A stretch of 63,611 nucleotides of DNA, filler included, from Hyphochytrium catenoides (taxonomy: Eukaryota; Protista; Hyphochytriomycota), in assembly GCA_900088475.1 (NCBI GenBank). It is 6 parts of 6 records of this genome, joined end to end, with 100 filler letters (N's around TTAATTAATTAA, not from the genome) between each part and the next. Parts side by side here need not be neighbours in the genome. Positions count along the whole stretch, not along the records: positions 1 to 28,290 come from FLMG01002666.1; 5 more parts are not named here. One strand, 5' to 3'. Shown piece after piece: positions 1-13,543 of the stretch; the first letter of the stretch is position 1, and each line of letters opens with the position of its first letter. The notes under the pieces are model-generated. The model was not told the DNA's origin and did not search any database. It worked only from the letters and a program-made list of their open reading frames with translations. The translations under genes and the position numbers were made by a program.

Positions 1-398
1 CTCTCTCTCTCTCTCTCTCTCTCTCCCTCTGTTTCCTCTCCTGACTGGTCTTCTCGCTTCTCTCTCTCTGCTGCCCCTACTCCGTCCTCCCTCTGTTATC
101 CCTCCTTTTGCTCTTTCCCCACTTCATTGCTCTGGTCAAACTCTCTCTCTCTCTCTCCAAAGGTATTTCTCGCTAATGCCGCACTTCCTTCGCTAGCTCG
201 CTAGCTATAGACTTTGTCTCCTTCCGTCGCTCGCTGAGATAGGGTGTTATCCCCTCCGTTCACGTCCTGGGGTCGGCCTTCATCTTCCTTCCCTTGGAGA
301 AGAGCTACACGTAGGGCTTACGCACAGACGAAGAGAAAGAAAAAGCGGTAGAGAGGAATAACAATTGCAAAAGGAGGAAGGAGCGAACAAGCCAGCGA

Positions 399-478
399 TG
401 GATCCCTCCCTGCGGCTGTGGAGTGAGGAGCCTCTGCTGCGGCAGGAACCTTTGGCGAAGGACTGGGAAGAATGNNNN

Positions 479-523
<45 letters not shown>

Positions 524-3500
524 CTGCCTATCTCTGTTCCCTTCCTTTGCCTAGGGCCCTGTTATGTTCGCTAATCGCTGACTACTCTCTCTGTTTCTTC
601 TTACTCTCTCTTTCCCTGCCTGTTCTCTCTCCCTGCCCTCTCTGTGTCTCTCTATCTCCTACGTTCCTCCTATAGCTATCTCTTCTTCAACGCATCTGGG
701 CACTTCTGCCTCTCCAAAGGGCTGACTCTGGTCGATGAAGAGGCGTCCTTTCCCATTCTCTATGACATCCTGCAGGTTGGCACGGTCCTGATCTTCTCAT
801 GCCTCTTCGTTTCTCCCATCTCGCCAATCCTCCTTATTGGCTGGGCTTTTCCAGCTTGTCTCTTTAGGCCTTTTCCTCCCCCTTTTTCTTGGGCTCTGTC
901 TCTCTCTCCCTCTCTGTCTCTCTCTTCCTCTCTCTCTTCCTCTCTCCCTTCCTTTCTCTCTTCCTATGTAACTTTTTAGCATCAAGGTATCCTATTTCTT
1001 AGTCTCACTCTTCCATCTGTTTCGTGCTCCGCTTCTCATCTGCGTCCTATCTCGATAAAAGCGATGTTCGGCTATAATAATTCTCACCTCGTCTCGTGGC
1101 TCTTAAGTCTCTCTCTCTCTCACTCGCATTCTGTCTCGCTCTCTGTCCATGCATTGACTGTTGACTGCTCGGTCTGCTGGACCTCAGGTCCACGATTTCC
1201 CTTCGAGCCTTGAGAGCAGCGCCGGCATCTACTGCTTCGATCTATACCTTTACGGTGAGAAACAAGGGAAAGCTGAAGGGTTCGCACAAGGTTTTACCGA
1301 AGATGAACGAGAAGGAAGAGAAGAGAAGGTCCGAACAGGAGAAGGAGACAGCACAGAGAAGTTGAGGTTGGGAAGCCCAACTCACGGTCAGGCAGTCAGT
1401 CTCTTAGAGAGCCTACAACTGCTCTATGGTAGGAGAGGCGTAAGAAAGAGTCGGGAGAATATAGACTGTCTTCTCTTTCCTCATAGTCACTGCTCTTCTG
1501 GCTTTGTCTTTTCCTCTCTTCTGTTGAGGTGTCTGGGATTCCTAGGTGCGATTATATCTTCACAATCATCTGTGACTTTTCATATCAATCCTTGCCCTCT
1601 ACTTTCTTCATATTTTCACTCTCTTTATTCTTCACTCTCTTTCCTTCTTTCTCTTCTCTCGAGACTTTCTTTCTTCTAGTATGTCTCTATCCAGTCTACT
1701 GGCTCTCTCTCAACCAAATGAACTTCTTATTTCCTGCCTGCCTAGAGTCTAACGGATACGGAAGGCGAAAGTGGAAAGAGGACCTCCGAAGGGCGAGCGA
1801 GAACCCGATGGCGCAACCGGTGGGCTCCCTCCCTTTTTTCTTCTTTGTCTCTGTCCGCTTTCGAAATGTTGTCTCTACGATGTCTTCTCTCTCAGCCATG
1901 CAGACGTCCTTTCGCTCAGTCCTGAAGCCTCCTCACTAGCTCCCTACAGCAGTGTCCGTCGCCATGGTAGCTCCTGGTTACCCTTGTTAAGTTCAGCCTA
2001 CAACTTGGCTCCTTTATCTGAACCCATTGTCTCGTCCACCTTCGTTTTAACTCTTTCTCTGCTTCATCACAAATGCATTCGGCACGCTTAAGCCCTCAGT
2101 GTGGCTCTCTCTTCTGGGCTGGAGAGACTGGATGGAGGAGTGGAACCTGCACTACCTGTGAGCACGATTATTAGATAGAGAGAGTTTCCTTTCCTGGGAC
2201 TTGGTTGCTTCATGTGAAAGTTATGTCGTCCTTGCGCTTTGAAAAGTTGCTACGCTGTTTTTGTCGTCGCACTCTTTACCCTATTCGGTCTCTCCATGAT
2301 CGACATTTGCCCTTCTTCCTCTCATCGCAAGATCTGTGCCATCGATCTCTACCTCGTGCTACCATTCTATCATCGCCTTCTCCAGTGGAGATAAAGGTGT
2401 GTGACCATGATTCTGATCGCAGACCACCGTTTGCAAGAAAGAACATCGCCGATGAGAGTTCGGAGAAGCATGACGAGATAAGCGGAAGCAAAGATGTTTC
2501 TTCCCCGCCGATGAGACTACAGCGCTTGTTGGAGGTTAGACTGCCGTCCAGAAAGCTCAGAGAACTGTTGAGTGGCTTTGCCGGCTGCCATGACTCTTCA
2601 CCTCATGTTCTCTCATGTCCCTGACCACGCTCTTGCGCTTTAAAAGTCCATGGCTGTCTCATATTCAGTGAGCCCTACTCTTTTGACAAGCTCCCTCTTT
2701 CGTCCTCCTCGCTCTCTGATGTCACACTCTCCTTCCATTGTTCCACACTCCCGCCTGCTTCCCACTTTGATGTCCAATCTGCCTCCATCTCCAAATGTTT
2801 TGTCTGGTCTCTTCCCCTCTCCTATCCGTGGAGGCAATGCTTTTGCTTATGCTTTGTGCGTCCACTACCATGCTCTAATTGCTCTAATCGGCTCGTCCTC
2901 CTACTTTTGGCGCTTTAGATTTGGAAGGAGTTCCGCCAGTTATCGTCCTTTGCCGTCCAACTTGTCCATGCTTACAGCGAACACTATGCAGTCAAACAGG
3001 GGTCAGACAGCTGCGTCTCTTTAATCTCTCGGTTCCCGATGTGTCAGTCGTACTCACCATTGACACACGACGTTGACTTAACTTCTGAGCACGGATGGGC
3101 ATCCTACTTGCTCATCTATCTACTGTCCTGCTAATTCTCTCTGTTCCTATGTGTCGAGCTGAAGCATAGTCTTTCTAGGGAAGAGCCCCTCTGGCTTCGC
3201 CAGTGCTATGGAAATGAGGAGGCCAAGTACTTCTCTGTTCTAGGTCTTTGGGTTATTCTTCCCGGAGATAATTGGAAGCTGCAGAAGCAAACTGAGCAGA
3301 CAAATAGAGTGACAGACGACATACTTTCCCTATTCTCCCTCCTTTCTTTTCCTTCTGCAGACACAGAAAGAGAAATAAGTGACGGAGAAGATCTTACCAA
3401 CAATCTGCTGCTGGAAAGAGTGACTGCGCCTCTCTCATGCTTAGTTCACTCCTATCATTGGACTTTCTTAGTTCTTTCCGAGTGCGTCTTTCACCAAGAC

Positions 3501-6500
3501 GAAGACGGTCAACGCAGAGAAAAGAGGATGAACGATAGAGATGGAACAAGAATAGAGATTAAGGGTGCAGAGACGGGGAAGAAGAAAAGATGGGAGGGAA
3601 CTTTGCTAAGGAGATATTCCTCGGATGGAGGGGTGCCACGCCCCACGCGTTTGTTGGAGGTTTTCTCACTTCAGTGGGTGCAGAAGTATCTTACAGACGC
3701 GTCCAGAACTTTTGCCGACACCAGTGCTTTGCAAGGAATGGAAGTTCGGAGGTGGGAAGGAACTGGCTCTGTAGCTTGTTGGCTTGCCCTTTAGATTCCT
3801 CTTCATTCTGCCACTAATGGCCCCTCCTGTGCCTGTCTGCCCCGCAATATGACTTTGTCTATTTAATCCAGTCACTTCTGGTGAGAGCATGCTAACCAAT
3901 CTCCTTCCTATGTCGTCTCTCCATGCCTCAGACTCGTCCGACCCCCATCCTTCTGTCTTCTTCCTTCTCACTTCCTGCTCCTTATGGATCATTCGGTCTC
4001 TTCTCCGCCGCATGTTCTTATTGAAATACCTGCAGATGAGAGCAAGGCCATCAGGGTGAGGACCCATCGATATATCAACACATTCAGCTTGCTCTCTCTT
4101 ATCTTCCCCTGTGATAAGCGATAGGGCTTTCTGTAGTGAATGTCTTTCTATTTGGTTCCTTCTCATCTGCGGCATAGAGTACCTCTGTACGCTTCGGATG
4201 TGCATAAGGTCCAAAGGACTTGCCAATACTGGTGATTATTCTGTCAAGCTCTAGAATTCTCCTACTTTTTAATGCTACTCTTGGTCTTTTTGATGACCTA
4301 TTGTTGGCTTCATTCTGTCATTCAAGCCGTCGCTCTCTCCTGTTTTAACTCTCTCGAATCCTTCTATTCCCGGATGGGTCTTCCTCACGTCCTCCTCGCT
4401 CATATCTTGCGGCCCAAGGTCGTTGGGAATAAACAGCCGAGCTCAATTAAAGGCACAGTCATTGGATACTTATGGCACCTTGATGTCTGCTGCAAAAAGC
4501 TTCAGCCCATCTTTCCATTCTCAGCGACAGAGAAAGAGCGAATGAACAAGCGAGCTTCATGTCTGATGGGAGAGAAGGTGGAAGGTGATGTCGTCCTTTA
4601 TCGTGTGTCTTTCAAGCAGAAGCCTCCACCCTTCAGAGTACGGTCAGAAAGGGTCCGAAGCCTTCTGTAAGTACAGCTCACGATGTCCTCTCCCTCGCTC
4701 CCGCCCTCTCCTAGTGTATCTCCTTCTTCTTTTAGGCTCGTGTTTCTCTTCCTCCCTTGTCATCGAAGAGATCGTCGTCTGCACTGCAGCGCCACTACAT
4801 ACTTTGCATCCACGTTCTACTCGTTATTCACTGACGGGGAGGCTGGATTTCCGTTGCAGGAACAGGGATGATAAGTCTTCGGAATCGTCCAGGGTGAGTG
4901 AGTGTCCTCTCGCTGCTTCAAGAACTCATTCTCTCTTCTCTCATCTTTGTCATCCACTTTCGCCTGTTTGAGTCTCTAGGGATCAGATCATTGTACTTTT
5001 TGGCCCCCTCCGTTTGTCTATCGATGACCGCCGCTCCCTGCCATTGACTGTCCCCTTACTAACATTCCGTCACCCCTTCCTAACAGACCTTTTCTCCGTT
5101 TAGAGATTCAGACATCAAGTCCTTCTGCTCTAGTCTCAGCAGCCAGTTGGACCAAAGGAGCATGAAAGGGGCAAGAGGGCCTGGAGCGACGGAATGTGTA
5201 GCTGTGAGGGGTGGAAGACGAAAGAAGGTTGTCTTGCACTCTCGCCACCTTTCCTCTCTAATGCATGAGGCTGGGATTAACCTCAGATATCTCCCAGTCA
5301 TAATACAAGCACTGCAGGTAGGGCGAGGAGGAATCTTTCATTCGGTTCGGTTCACGCTTCTTCTTTCTTCATGTTTGGGGCGGCCCACATTCGGTCTCAC
5401 TTCTTCGTTTGAGGGCCTCGCACCTGCTATTCACCTAACTCATTCTCTCTCTATATTGAGTTGACAAATTTATCCTCGCCAGGTTTATATCCTATCTCTG
5501 TTGCTCCTCGTCAGGGTAACTGATGACTTTCTTCCAAGCATTGACTTCTCACCTCTCGCAGTGCTCGTCACCTTTCTGTTGTAGAAGTGCACGCCCTCTC
5601 TTAGCTCTTGCAACTGCCTCGAAAATGATCTTAGAATCGTCTCTCCCTCTCCCTCAGCCGTTGCAGCAGAGTGCAGTCCGAGCAATGGCGGAGGCTGAGC
5701 TCATAGGGAGGCTGGCAAAGGTTAGCCCCGCGCACGATTCGTCTTCGCTTTTAATCCGCCGGTCTCTTCAGGCGTCTGGGCTCCTCTTTCATTTCTCTTT
5801 TTAGCTTTCCTACCCAAGCAAGGACTTGTTCTGTACCCTCCCTTACGAATTACTTATGCTAGTGCCTCTTCTAACGGAAATCTAGTTTCATGCATCACTC
5901 TGCTTGTTCTCACTGTCCCTCTCCACTCTCGAACGCAGCATCTCCTCAAGGACTACCTCATTCACAGGACACGCCTTTCCCTCTCTAATCTTCCATCATC
6001 ATCACAATTGAAGACGCAGATTCTCCTCCCACTTGTTAATGGCATTGTTCACCAGAAAAAGCCGCCTTTTGACTTGCAGAGGCAGGATCGTGTACTCCGG
6101 TACGCGGATCCGTACAGAGGAGCCTGCGTGCTCCTGAGTCCAAGGAGGAAGAGAAGACAAGAGGAAGGGGAAGGCTTAGTGGAAGACAAGGAAGTGGGAG
6201 AGGCGGCCACCCAATTTTGGGAGACAGACCGCCTAGCTGGCTTAACAGCGGGTGCCTTCTTTGTCACTTTAGAAGGTAAGCAGTTATCAAGCATGGAGAG
6301 GAACGGGTTTGCTAAATCTGGGGACACTCTCTCATACTTCGCGTCTATGTGTGCTGGAGCTGCTTCCTTTTCCTTAACAAGCAATAGATGGCTTGTCCAA
6401 ACGTGTATTAGGCGATGTCCATGTTCCACTGCGAGCGGCTAATGATGTCGATCCTTGCTCTGTTCTCTCTTCTACGTCTGCGTCAATGAATTCGGCTCTC

Positions 6501-9500
6501 AGACGAGATCCAAGATTCCGCTCTCTCCTTTATGAAGGAAGTAGGAACGACATTGCACCCTCTACAGCTCCTTCCAGTGATATCCAGCCAACTCTCTTTA
6601 ACTTTCTCGGTGTCCTTTCTGAGAGAAAGTCAAGAAGAAGGCTGCCTCCTTCGCCCGCTTGCAGAGAGTGATATTGAAGACTGGCAGTGTCAAAGACTGG
6701 GGAGGACCTCAGATGTGTGTGGAGATACCAAACACCGCTGGATGATCGCGGAACTGAAGAAGTCAATCCAAGTAAAGACTTCGCCTCGTGAAGAGTAAGC
6801 TGTGACTTTCTGCTTTCGTGCATCTGTTACCCTTTTTGATCCCTCTCTATCTGTATATCTCTATCTGGAGCGTGTGACACAGGGTGGTGTTGGCCCTTCG
6901 ATCTCTTGGCTTGTGCACCTATCCTGTTTGTTCGTCACCGCCGTTTCCTATGTGTGCGCTTTTCCTTCCTTAGATCTTATACACCTCCTTCCGTGGTGTG
7001 GCACCCTCAACGTGGTTGAAAGTGTACCGGGCTATTCTACTGACGTGGACCCCTCCACACTTTTCCTTGTTCCGTCTCGCATACTCTCAATGTCAGAGCA
7101 TTGAAGCGCTACGATCAATTGAGCTCCCTTATATTTGATCCTGTCCGCCGATCAAGAGAAAAGGTAGAGACAGCTGTATCATTGGCCAAAGAATGGCTGG
7201 AAATAGCCACAGCTCAAGCCATGTAAGTCTAAAGGGACGGAGCCGTCACAGAGCTGCGAATGGTAGGGAAGCCCACGTGTACGAAGGTGAATCAGAATGA
7301 GAGAGTACACCTAAAGGGAGATGGAAGAAGTTAGGCCACTCCAGAAGAGCCGGATTACTTGTCCAGGACCGGATGTTGGAGTAAATGTCAGGCGACAATC
7401 CTGCTTTAACTTTTGACTACCCTGTTTCTCAGGGGACAGAACTATCAAGACTGCCTTCTGTCAGCCCACAGAGCCTCCAGAGAGCTTAAAGGTAAAATGG
7501 CGTGCGAAGTTAGAAGCGAAATAAAGAGAGGCACATAAGAGTGGAAAAGTATTGTGGGGGGGATCATTAAAAGCAGACCAAAGACACCGAGAGGGCATCA
7601 GAGTGCCATCCGATCGCTAAACGCGGCACTTAAAGAAGTATCAATTTGTTTAGCAGGCTCAGGAGAGTTAGAGACCTTCGTGCCAGCAGAGATCGTGCTG
7701 AGCTGTCTCATCTTATGCGCTCTCTCTATGGAAGAACTTCGCTTTGGTCTGGATAGTGTTCAGGTAGGGATCCCAGCGCTCGTTGGCTGCATTTCATTTA
7801 TTTGTGTAGCTTTTGATGGCTCTTCTAATGCTTGTGTGTGCCACCTTTAGACGCTGTACGAAGAGGTACTTCGTCTGGTGCTGGTTCTCGCAAGGTGGGC
7901 GACGTCGTGTCCAAGCTCTGATTCCCCAGCAGCTTCTTGGCCTGTATTTATGCCAGATCACTTCTCTTTCTTTGTGCCCTACCCTTCTCCCTAGGACTCT
8001 ATCTGATTCGTAGCCCTCTTGATGATCACACGTCTCTCAGCTATTATCAGCTACTCTTCCTCTTGTTTTCGCTCCTTTTCACCGGTGGTACTCTTCTTTC
8101 TGATCTAACATATTGGTCTCATGTACTCTTGGGACTGTTCCTGCTGCGCTAGCTACTCCCCTGATGGAGAGTCGCTGGAAATCTTCAGCAGTAGCCTACT
8201 AGGCCCATTAGTCATAAGACGGCTGACTGATCTGAATGAGCGAAGAAGAAGAATAGGATCCGATGCCCGAGAGAGCGGGAGGGATGACCCCTTGATGTAT
8301 GTCAAGGAGGAAGATGAGCTACGTTGGGCGCAAAGAAATCGTTGGCTCCGCCACATCCTTCGCACGAAGTTCTCCCCTGCCCCTCTGGCTGTCGTAGATG
8401 AGCAAATAGTTAACGGAGAGGGCATGCCTGAGAGTTATCTCCTTCTTTCTCTTCCTCCTGCTGTCCTTTACGGCCTTCTTCGCCCACCGCTTTCAGGATT
8501 GACACTCTCCAGTAAGGCGCTTGACGTAATGGATATATCGGGGGATACTGGGAGTAGCGATGGCAGCGATGACGCATCGAAAGTAGTTCCTTCTCCAAGG
8601 ACGGGAGGACTGGCAGTACCACCTTCCTATGTAAATGGACAGGTTTTTGTGGCTGGACTCTTAGCTGGAAAGGGGTTGGAGAGCCAGCAGGGAGACGAGC
8701 CAATTAGACCAGCTAAACGCGAGGGAGCAGGAGGCAATGAGGAGTGCACGAGCTATTATCGACACTATCGCCCCCTCTCTCTCCCACCAAAAGTTGTGAT
8801 CTGGCAAGTAGCCTGCGGATACCGCCACAGCGCACTTCTCTCCACCCAGGGTGTTCTGCTCACCTTCGGACATGGAGAGTGCGGTAGACTGGGACATGGG
8901 ACGGAGGAGAACCTCTGGCAACCTGAGGTGTTGAGGTTCTTCTTGGAGAAGGAAATCCGAGTAGGGAAAGGTCGCTTCTTGCCCTGATCCGACTTTTAGA
9001 TCTGCACTTAGTATTACTTACCTCTATCTCTGCCTTTATTCTCTACCTCTAGTTGATCATAATCCACAGAAGCCTGATGTCTCTTCCTCAGATCTCCTGG
9101 GTGTCTTGCGGTAGGGAGCACACGATGGCTATCACTTCGGAGGGTAAGGCAAGCGTTTCCATACTTCCTCGCTGACACTGTTTCTCTCAAGTGCTGTCTC
9201 TCTTGGTTGCATGCTCTTTCTTTGATCACTTGGTGCTCAGACAAAGCTCTATGCGTCCTATCTGTGCCTTGATCTCCTTCCTCCTGACCCGATCCTTTCC
9301 GCTTATCCGATCACATCGGCTGGTCACTTCTCCTCTAGTAAGAGATATTATCGGTGTGATGTGTCCTCTTGTCCGGGGAGCTCTTCCTTGTTGATGTTCT
9401 TTGTCTAAACTATATCTAGCTCTCAACTTTGCTTTCTCGGTCGCATTAAGGCAAACTCTACGGCTGGGGCTGGGGTGAAGCTGGTCGTCTGAGCTTGGGT

Positions 9501-11188
9501 GACGCTGCCAAAGTGCTTGTACCGAGAGAGGTAGAGTGAACAAGACTTGACTCTCTCTCTCTCTCTTTCCCTATTATACTACTTGTCCCTCCCTTCATAA
9601 CTTGTGGGATCTCGGAAAGATCGGGCGAATCCTTGAATCCTACCTCGTGGAGATCACGACTCTACCGCTTACACTTGTCCCTTGTTGTCTTACCGATAAG
9701 GTGAATCCCTCCCAGCGAGGAGGCGGTGGGATTGGGGAGCGGTTCATAGCAGTCGCCTGTGGTCGAGAGCACTCGCTACTTCTCACGGCCACAGGTCGAG
9801 TGCTTAGCTGTGGGGCTGGAGATTTGGGCCGATTGGGACTAGGAAGCACGAAAGATTCACTTTACATGGCCAGAGTGAAGGGTCAGCTGCTTTCAGAGAG
9901 AGTAGTCTCTGTTTCTGCTGGGGAGGTCCACTCTGCCGCGCTTTCGGCCAGGGGTGCCATCTTTACCTGGGGATACGGAGGTTCAGGCGCACTTGGTCAT
10001 GGCAATGAGAAGAACCAACTTGAGCCAAAGCAGGTTCTTGGATTGCTAGGGATGACAGGAGGTATAGTGACAAAAGAGGAAAGAGGAAGACAGGAAGATA
10101 CCTTTGTCTCTGTCTCTTGTGGAGGTTTTCACACTATAGCAAGGACGTTGCGAGGCGAGCTCTGGAGCTGGGGCGACAACATGACAGGCCAGCTCGCGAT
10201 GGCCTCCTCGGACGGCTTTAGACAGCTTTCCAAAAGCTTGCAGCCGGTCCACTTGTTAGGACTTAAACGCGAGTTAGGAAGCCCTGTTCTGAGCGTGGGA
10301 TGTGGACATGTCACCACCGCTGTCTGTACGGAGGAGGGACGGGTAAGCCTCCTTCACTTGCTTCCCTGTAGAGACAAAGATTCCTCCTTCCATCACAGTC
10401 CTTTCAGAGATAATTCTTCCCCTGGATAACCCACCTTCGACCGCTTTTTATCTCACATCCGCTTGTCCAGCTGTACACCTGGGGAAATCCTGAGGTGGCT
10501 GATGGCCCTCAGCCATCGCTGGAAGACTTCCTGATTTCCAAACCCCTTCTCTCCAACAAGGCACATTTTAGACAAGTCCGAGCAGGTTTTGCGCAGCTTT
10601 TGGTTGGGGTTCCTTCTTTACTTTGTCGCTGCTCTGCTCTTCCACGCAGTCCCTCTCTCTTGCTTGCACTCCCTGTCTTCATTTCACAGGCGCTTGGGCT
10701 CGCTTTGCGGACCTGCTTATGTTATTGCTTCATTTGATTGCGCTAGGACAGCTTCTATATAATACTTGGACTCGTCTCTACGCCACTCCGTTTTCCGGAT
10801 TTTGGGGGACAGGGAGTGCTTGCTTGGTCTGGCCACGTACTACCTCCTTCTTCTCCTCCACGCAAAGCAGCCCGTCTTCAGATATATCATTACCCTACTT
10901 GCTGACGGGAGCTCCAATTCGCCCTTCTCATCTTTCTTTCTCTCCCTGTCAGGTGGGTACCAAACCGTGGCCTCCACAGCGGTGTATGACAGATGGCAGC
11001 GTTGTGTGGTCGACTGGAGTCAGAGCCTCCCAGAGTTTGGCAGTTTTGATCTAGATGATAGCAGCGAAGATGACGAGGAAGAAGTAGGAGGGAGCACCGT
11101 AGGATCAGCTTTTAGAAGGTTCTCCGGTCAGCGCCGCCCAAGTGGTCCTAAGCAAGGAACTGACAACGAAGAGACTCATTACTTCTAA
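399..11188 (+). CDS. Large multi-exon gene: divergent Clu (clustered-mitochondria)-type domain followed by RCC1 repeats; could be two genes
   Basis: Exon fragments separated by CT-rich GT-AG introns. Clu-central-like motif LSSLMHEAGINLRYL (~5250-5295) and EAELIGRLAK. RCC1 repeats QVACGYRHSALL..GVLLTFGHGECGRLGHG, VACGREHSLLL..G.VLSCGAGDLGRLGLG, VSAGEVHSAAL..GAIFTWGYGGSGALGHG and VSCGGFHTIA..GELWSWGDN (8800-10340). Stop at 11186-11188. Exon boundaries only partly resolved. Confidence 0.7.
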
Positions 11189-11388
11189 GTGACAATAATA
11201 CTAGTCAGCCTGCCTGCCCGTTGTTGCTGTTTGATTATGATCAATCCAATAGCTACGAAGAGGTTTGAGCAAGCCCACGCTCAAATGCGAGTCATGGTAG
11301 GCCGCTCTGCTCAGACCGTAAAGGGCTAGGAGCAACAAGAGGAAGAAAAGTATCTACTGACTAAGAAAGGCGTCAAATTAGGCGGCCC

Positions 11389-13543
11389 CTATTTGTTTCT
11401 GTTCCTCCAAAAGGAGTGTGTCCAAAGGTATTGCGAAGGATAGAGAGAGAGGGCTCGCTCTAAGAATAAGGCATACTTGGCTATCACTATCTGGGCGCTG
11501 TCCTCTGAGCCGTCGCCGATCTGCTTACCAGGGACGGGCAAAGTAGGGGCGCAGAATGGTAAGACCGACGTTGCTTCAAAATAGCAACATTGTGTGTCTA
11601 CGGTAGAGGTAGGGCTGCCAACTGTCTAGAAGGAGGAAGAAGGAAAGAAGTCCAAAACAAGTCCTACGGTTGCTCCACACTAACCTTTTGCATGTTAAGT
11701 GTAAACAGGTTGTTGCTTCCAGAAATGTCATTGGATTTGCCACTTGTATCGTCCAGGACAATATATACGCCCCATACCGGGGCTTGTTCTCTTTCTGCTA
11801 GCACTCCAAGGCCCGGAGCAAAGTCTAAACTATGCCCCTTGATTTTGGCACTCAGGCGAGATCGGCTTGGCCGTTGATCCGAAAGGAACGACACAGCGCG
11901 ACCAGGGCCGACGGAGAGAGAAGGAAGGCAACCGCTATCCTGGCAAAAAGACGGTAGACCTTAGACTCAATACCTGATTGCCCTGGCCCCTCACTTCTAC
12001 CATGAGCGTCCACGGGCATCCGTCTCTGCCTCAGAACACCTTCAACGACCGCTGTGGACCCCCTTGTATAATTCCCATTCCTTCCTCTGGTCTAATGGTC
12101 CATCTCTTGTACCTTCTTCATAAGATATCCCTGTCCTTTCAATAAATTCCTCTTTCCATTCCGTTACCTGGACAAAAGCAAATCGTTCGTCTGCTTGTCT
12201 GCATTTTCTGCTATAGGCTTCCAAGAACGGGTTATGCAGCGGCCGATAAATCTACGGACATTAAGCAACGTTGCTGAGAACGGTCTAGCGGTAAGCTAGT
12301 TCAGGCGGGCAGTATTGATAGCAGCGTCTACAGGATGGATGCTGACAAAGTATGAGGTTCCAGATCAACCGATCTATCACATCACAAGAATGAAGATACT
12401 TACCACATCCACGTGACGAAGGGTCTGCTCAGAAGAGAAGAGAGGGAGAAGGAGTTCCCAGGGCCCTAAAAGGTGAATCCCTGAGAAGTTAGCATTTGAA
12501 GGGGTAGCAAACGGCGCGAGAGAAGGGGTGAAGGAGTAACAACGGGAGATAGAGTGCAAGATAACATAAGACAATTTACGGAGGCACAAGAAGGAATTCA
12601 CAAAAGAGAGAAGACAATGACTTGCCAAGATGCATCGATGCCACGATGACCCCGCGTTGAGCGAGATCATGAAGAAACTCTGAAGAGATGTGAACACGGG
12701 TGTATTCCAGTACCCGGGTAGCGGACTGGTGGGACAGGCTGACCGCTAGAAGGCAAAACTGCAGCAGACGAACGAATGGCAGGGCGCCGCATGAGTAACA
12801 GCCAGAAAACACGCAGTAACGCTTGCAACAGGCAGAAAACGCAACCATTTCTCAATCTATAGCCGATAAGCTTAGCGACAAGGATGTCTTAGGCAAGGCA
12901 ACCAGTGAAGATGTGTAAAAGGGCAGAGAGAGGGCTGATAAGGAGCTAGAAAGCAGCATAGAAGGATCAAGACTAAAGAGGCAGAGAAAAGAAGAGTAAC
13001 GAGTAATACATCTTCCGCGTCAACATGACTTTAGAGTGGTGAGCCTCACCGCTGCTAGGTTTTGATAGAAGTCCCCGATGACAGCGTCTCTCTCCGCCTC
13101 AGAGTTCTTTCCTTCACCTCCCATGAACCTTTGGATGTTTTCGCAGACCAGGCCATACCTAGGCGGCCAGACTGCGGGCAGTGTACAGTCATTCATGAAG
13201 AAAGGGAAAGGATGTTGTGGGATTAGGGCCGACGATAACGGACTTAACGATAAGCTCTTGGTAGTGAAGAATATCATGACACGAAGGTTTGGAGAGTTGC
13301 AAGTATGCGCTAACCTTTGTAGATCAATCGCCCGAGCCATCTTCCTACCCTTACCAGCTGAGGCAGAGATACGAAGCCAGTGAACCAGGCGACCTGCCGG
13401 ACAGCCAGATATTCAAGGTACTGTCGAGTTCGTGTAAGGAGCGAGGCGGCGCTCCAGGGTCGTTGGAATGGGCTATCAAAGACAATTGGAGATCCTGGCG
13501 ATCGAGAAGGAGGTGGGGGATCCGCTCGGCAAGTCCTTGCCAT
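11389..13543 (-). CDS. LpxL/HtrB/MsbB-family (Lip_A_acyltrans-type) acyltransferase, 7 exons, about 345 aa
   Basis: Manual splice of 13543-13315, 13171-13050, 12758-12626, 12465-12404, 12251-12168, 11939-11741 and 11597-11389 gives 1038 nt in frame. Motifs occur in the canonical order: YLEYLAVR..VGRWLGRLIY, VCENIQRF..SEAERDAVI..FYQNL, RGVIVASMHLGPWE (HX4E), IYRPLHNP, SFLSDQRP, PGLGVLAE..APV, LERAL..YPSQYLWTH.FW. An acceptor at 13558 allows a further upstream exon, and the last donor is weak. Confidence 0.88.

Noticed and set aside
11389-13543. Bacterial contamination as the source of the LpxL-like gene
   Set aside because: Six phase-consistent spliceosomal introns and contiguity with eukaryotic genes on both sides.
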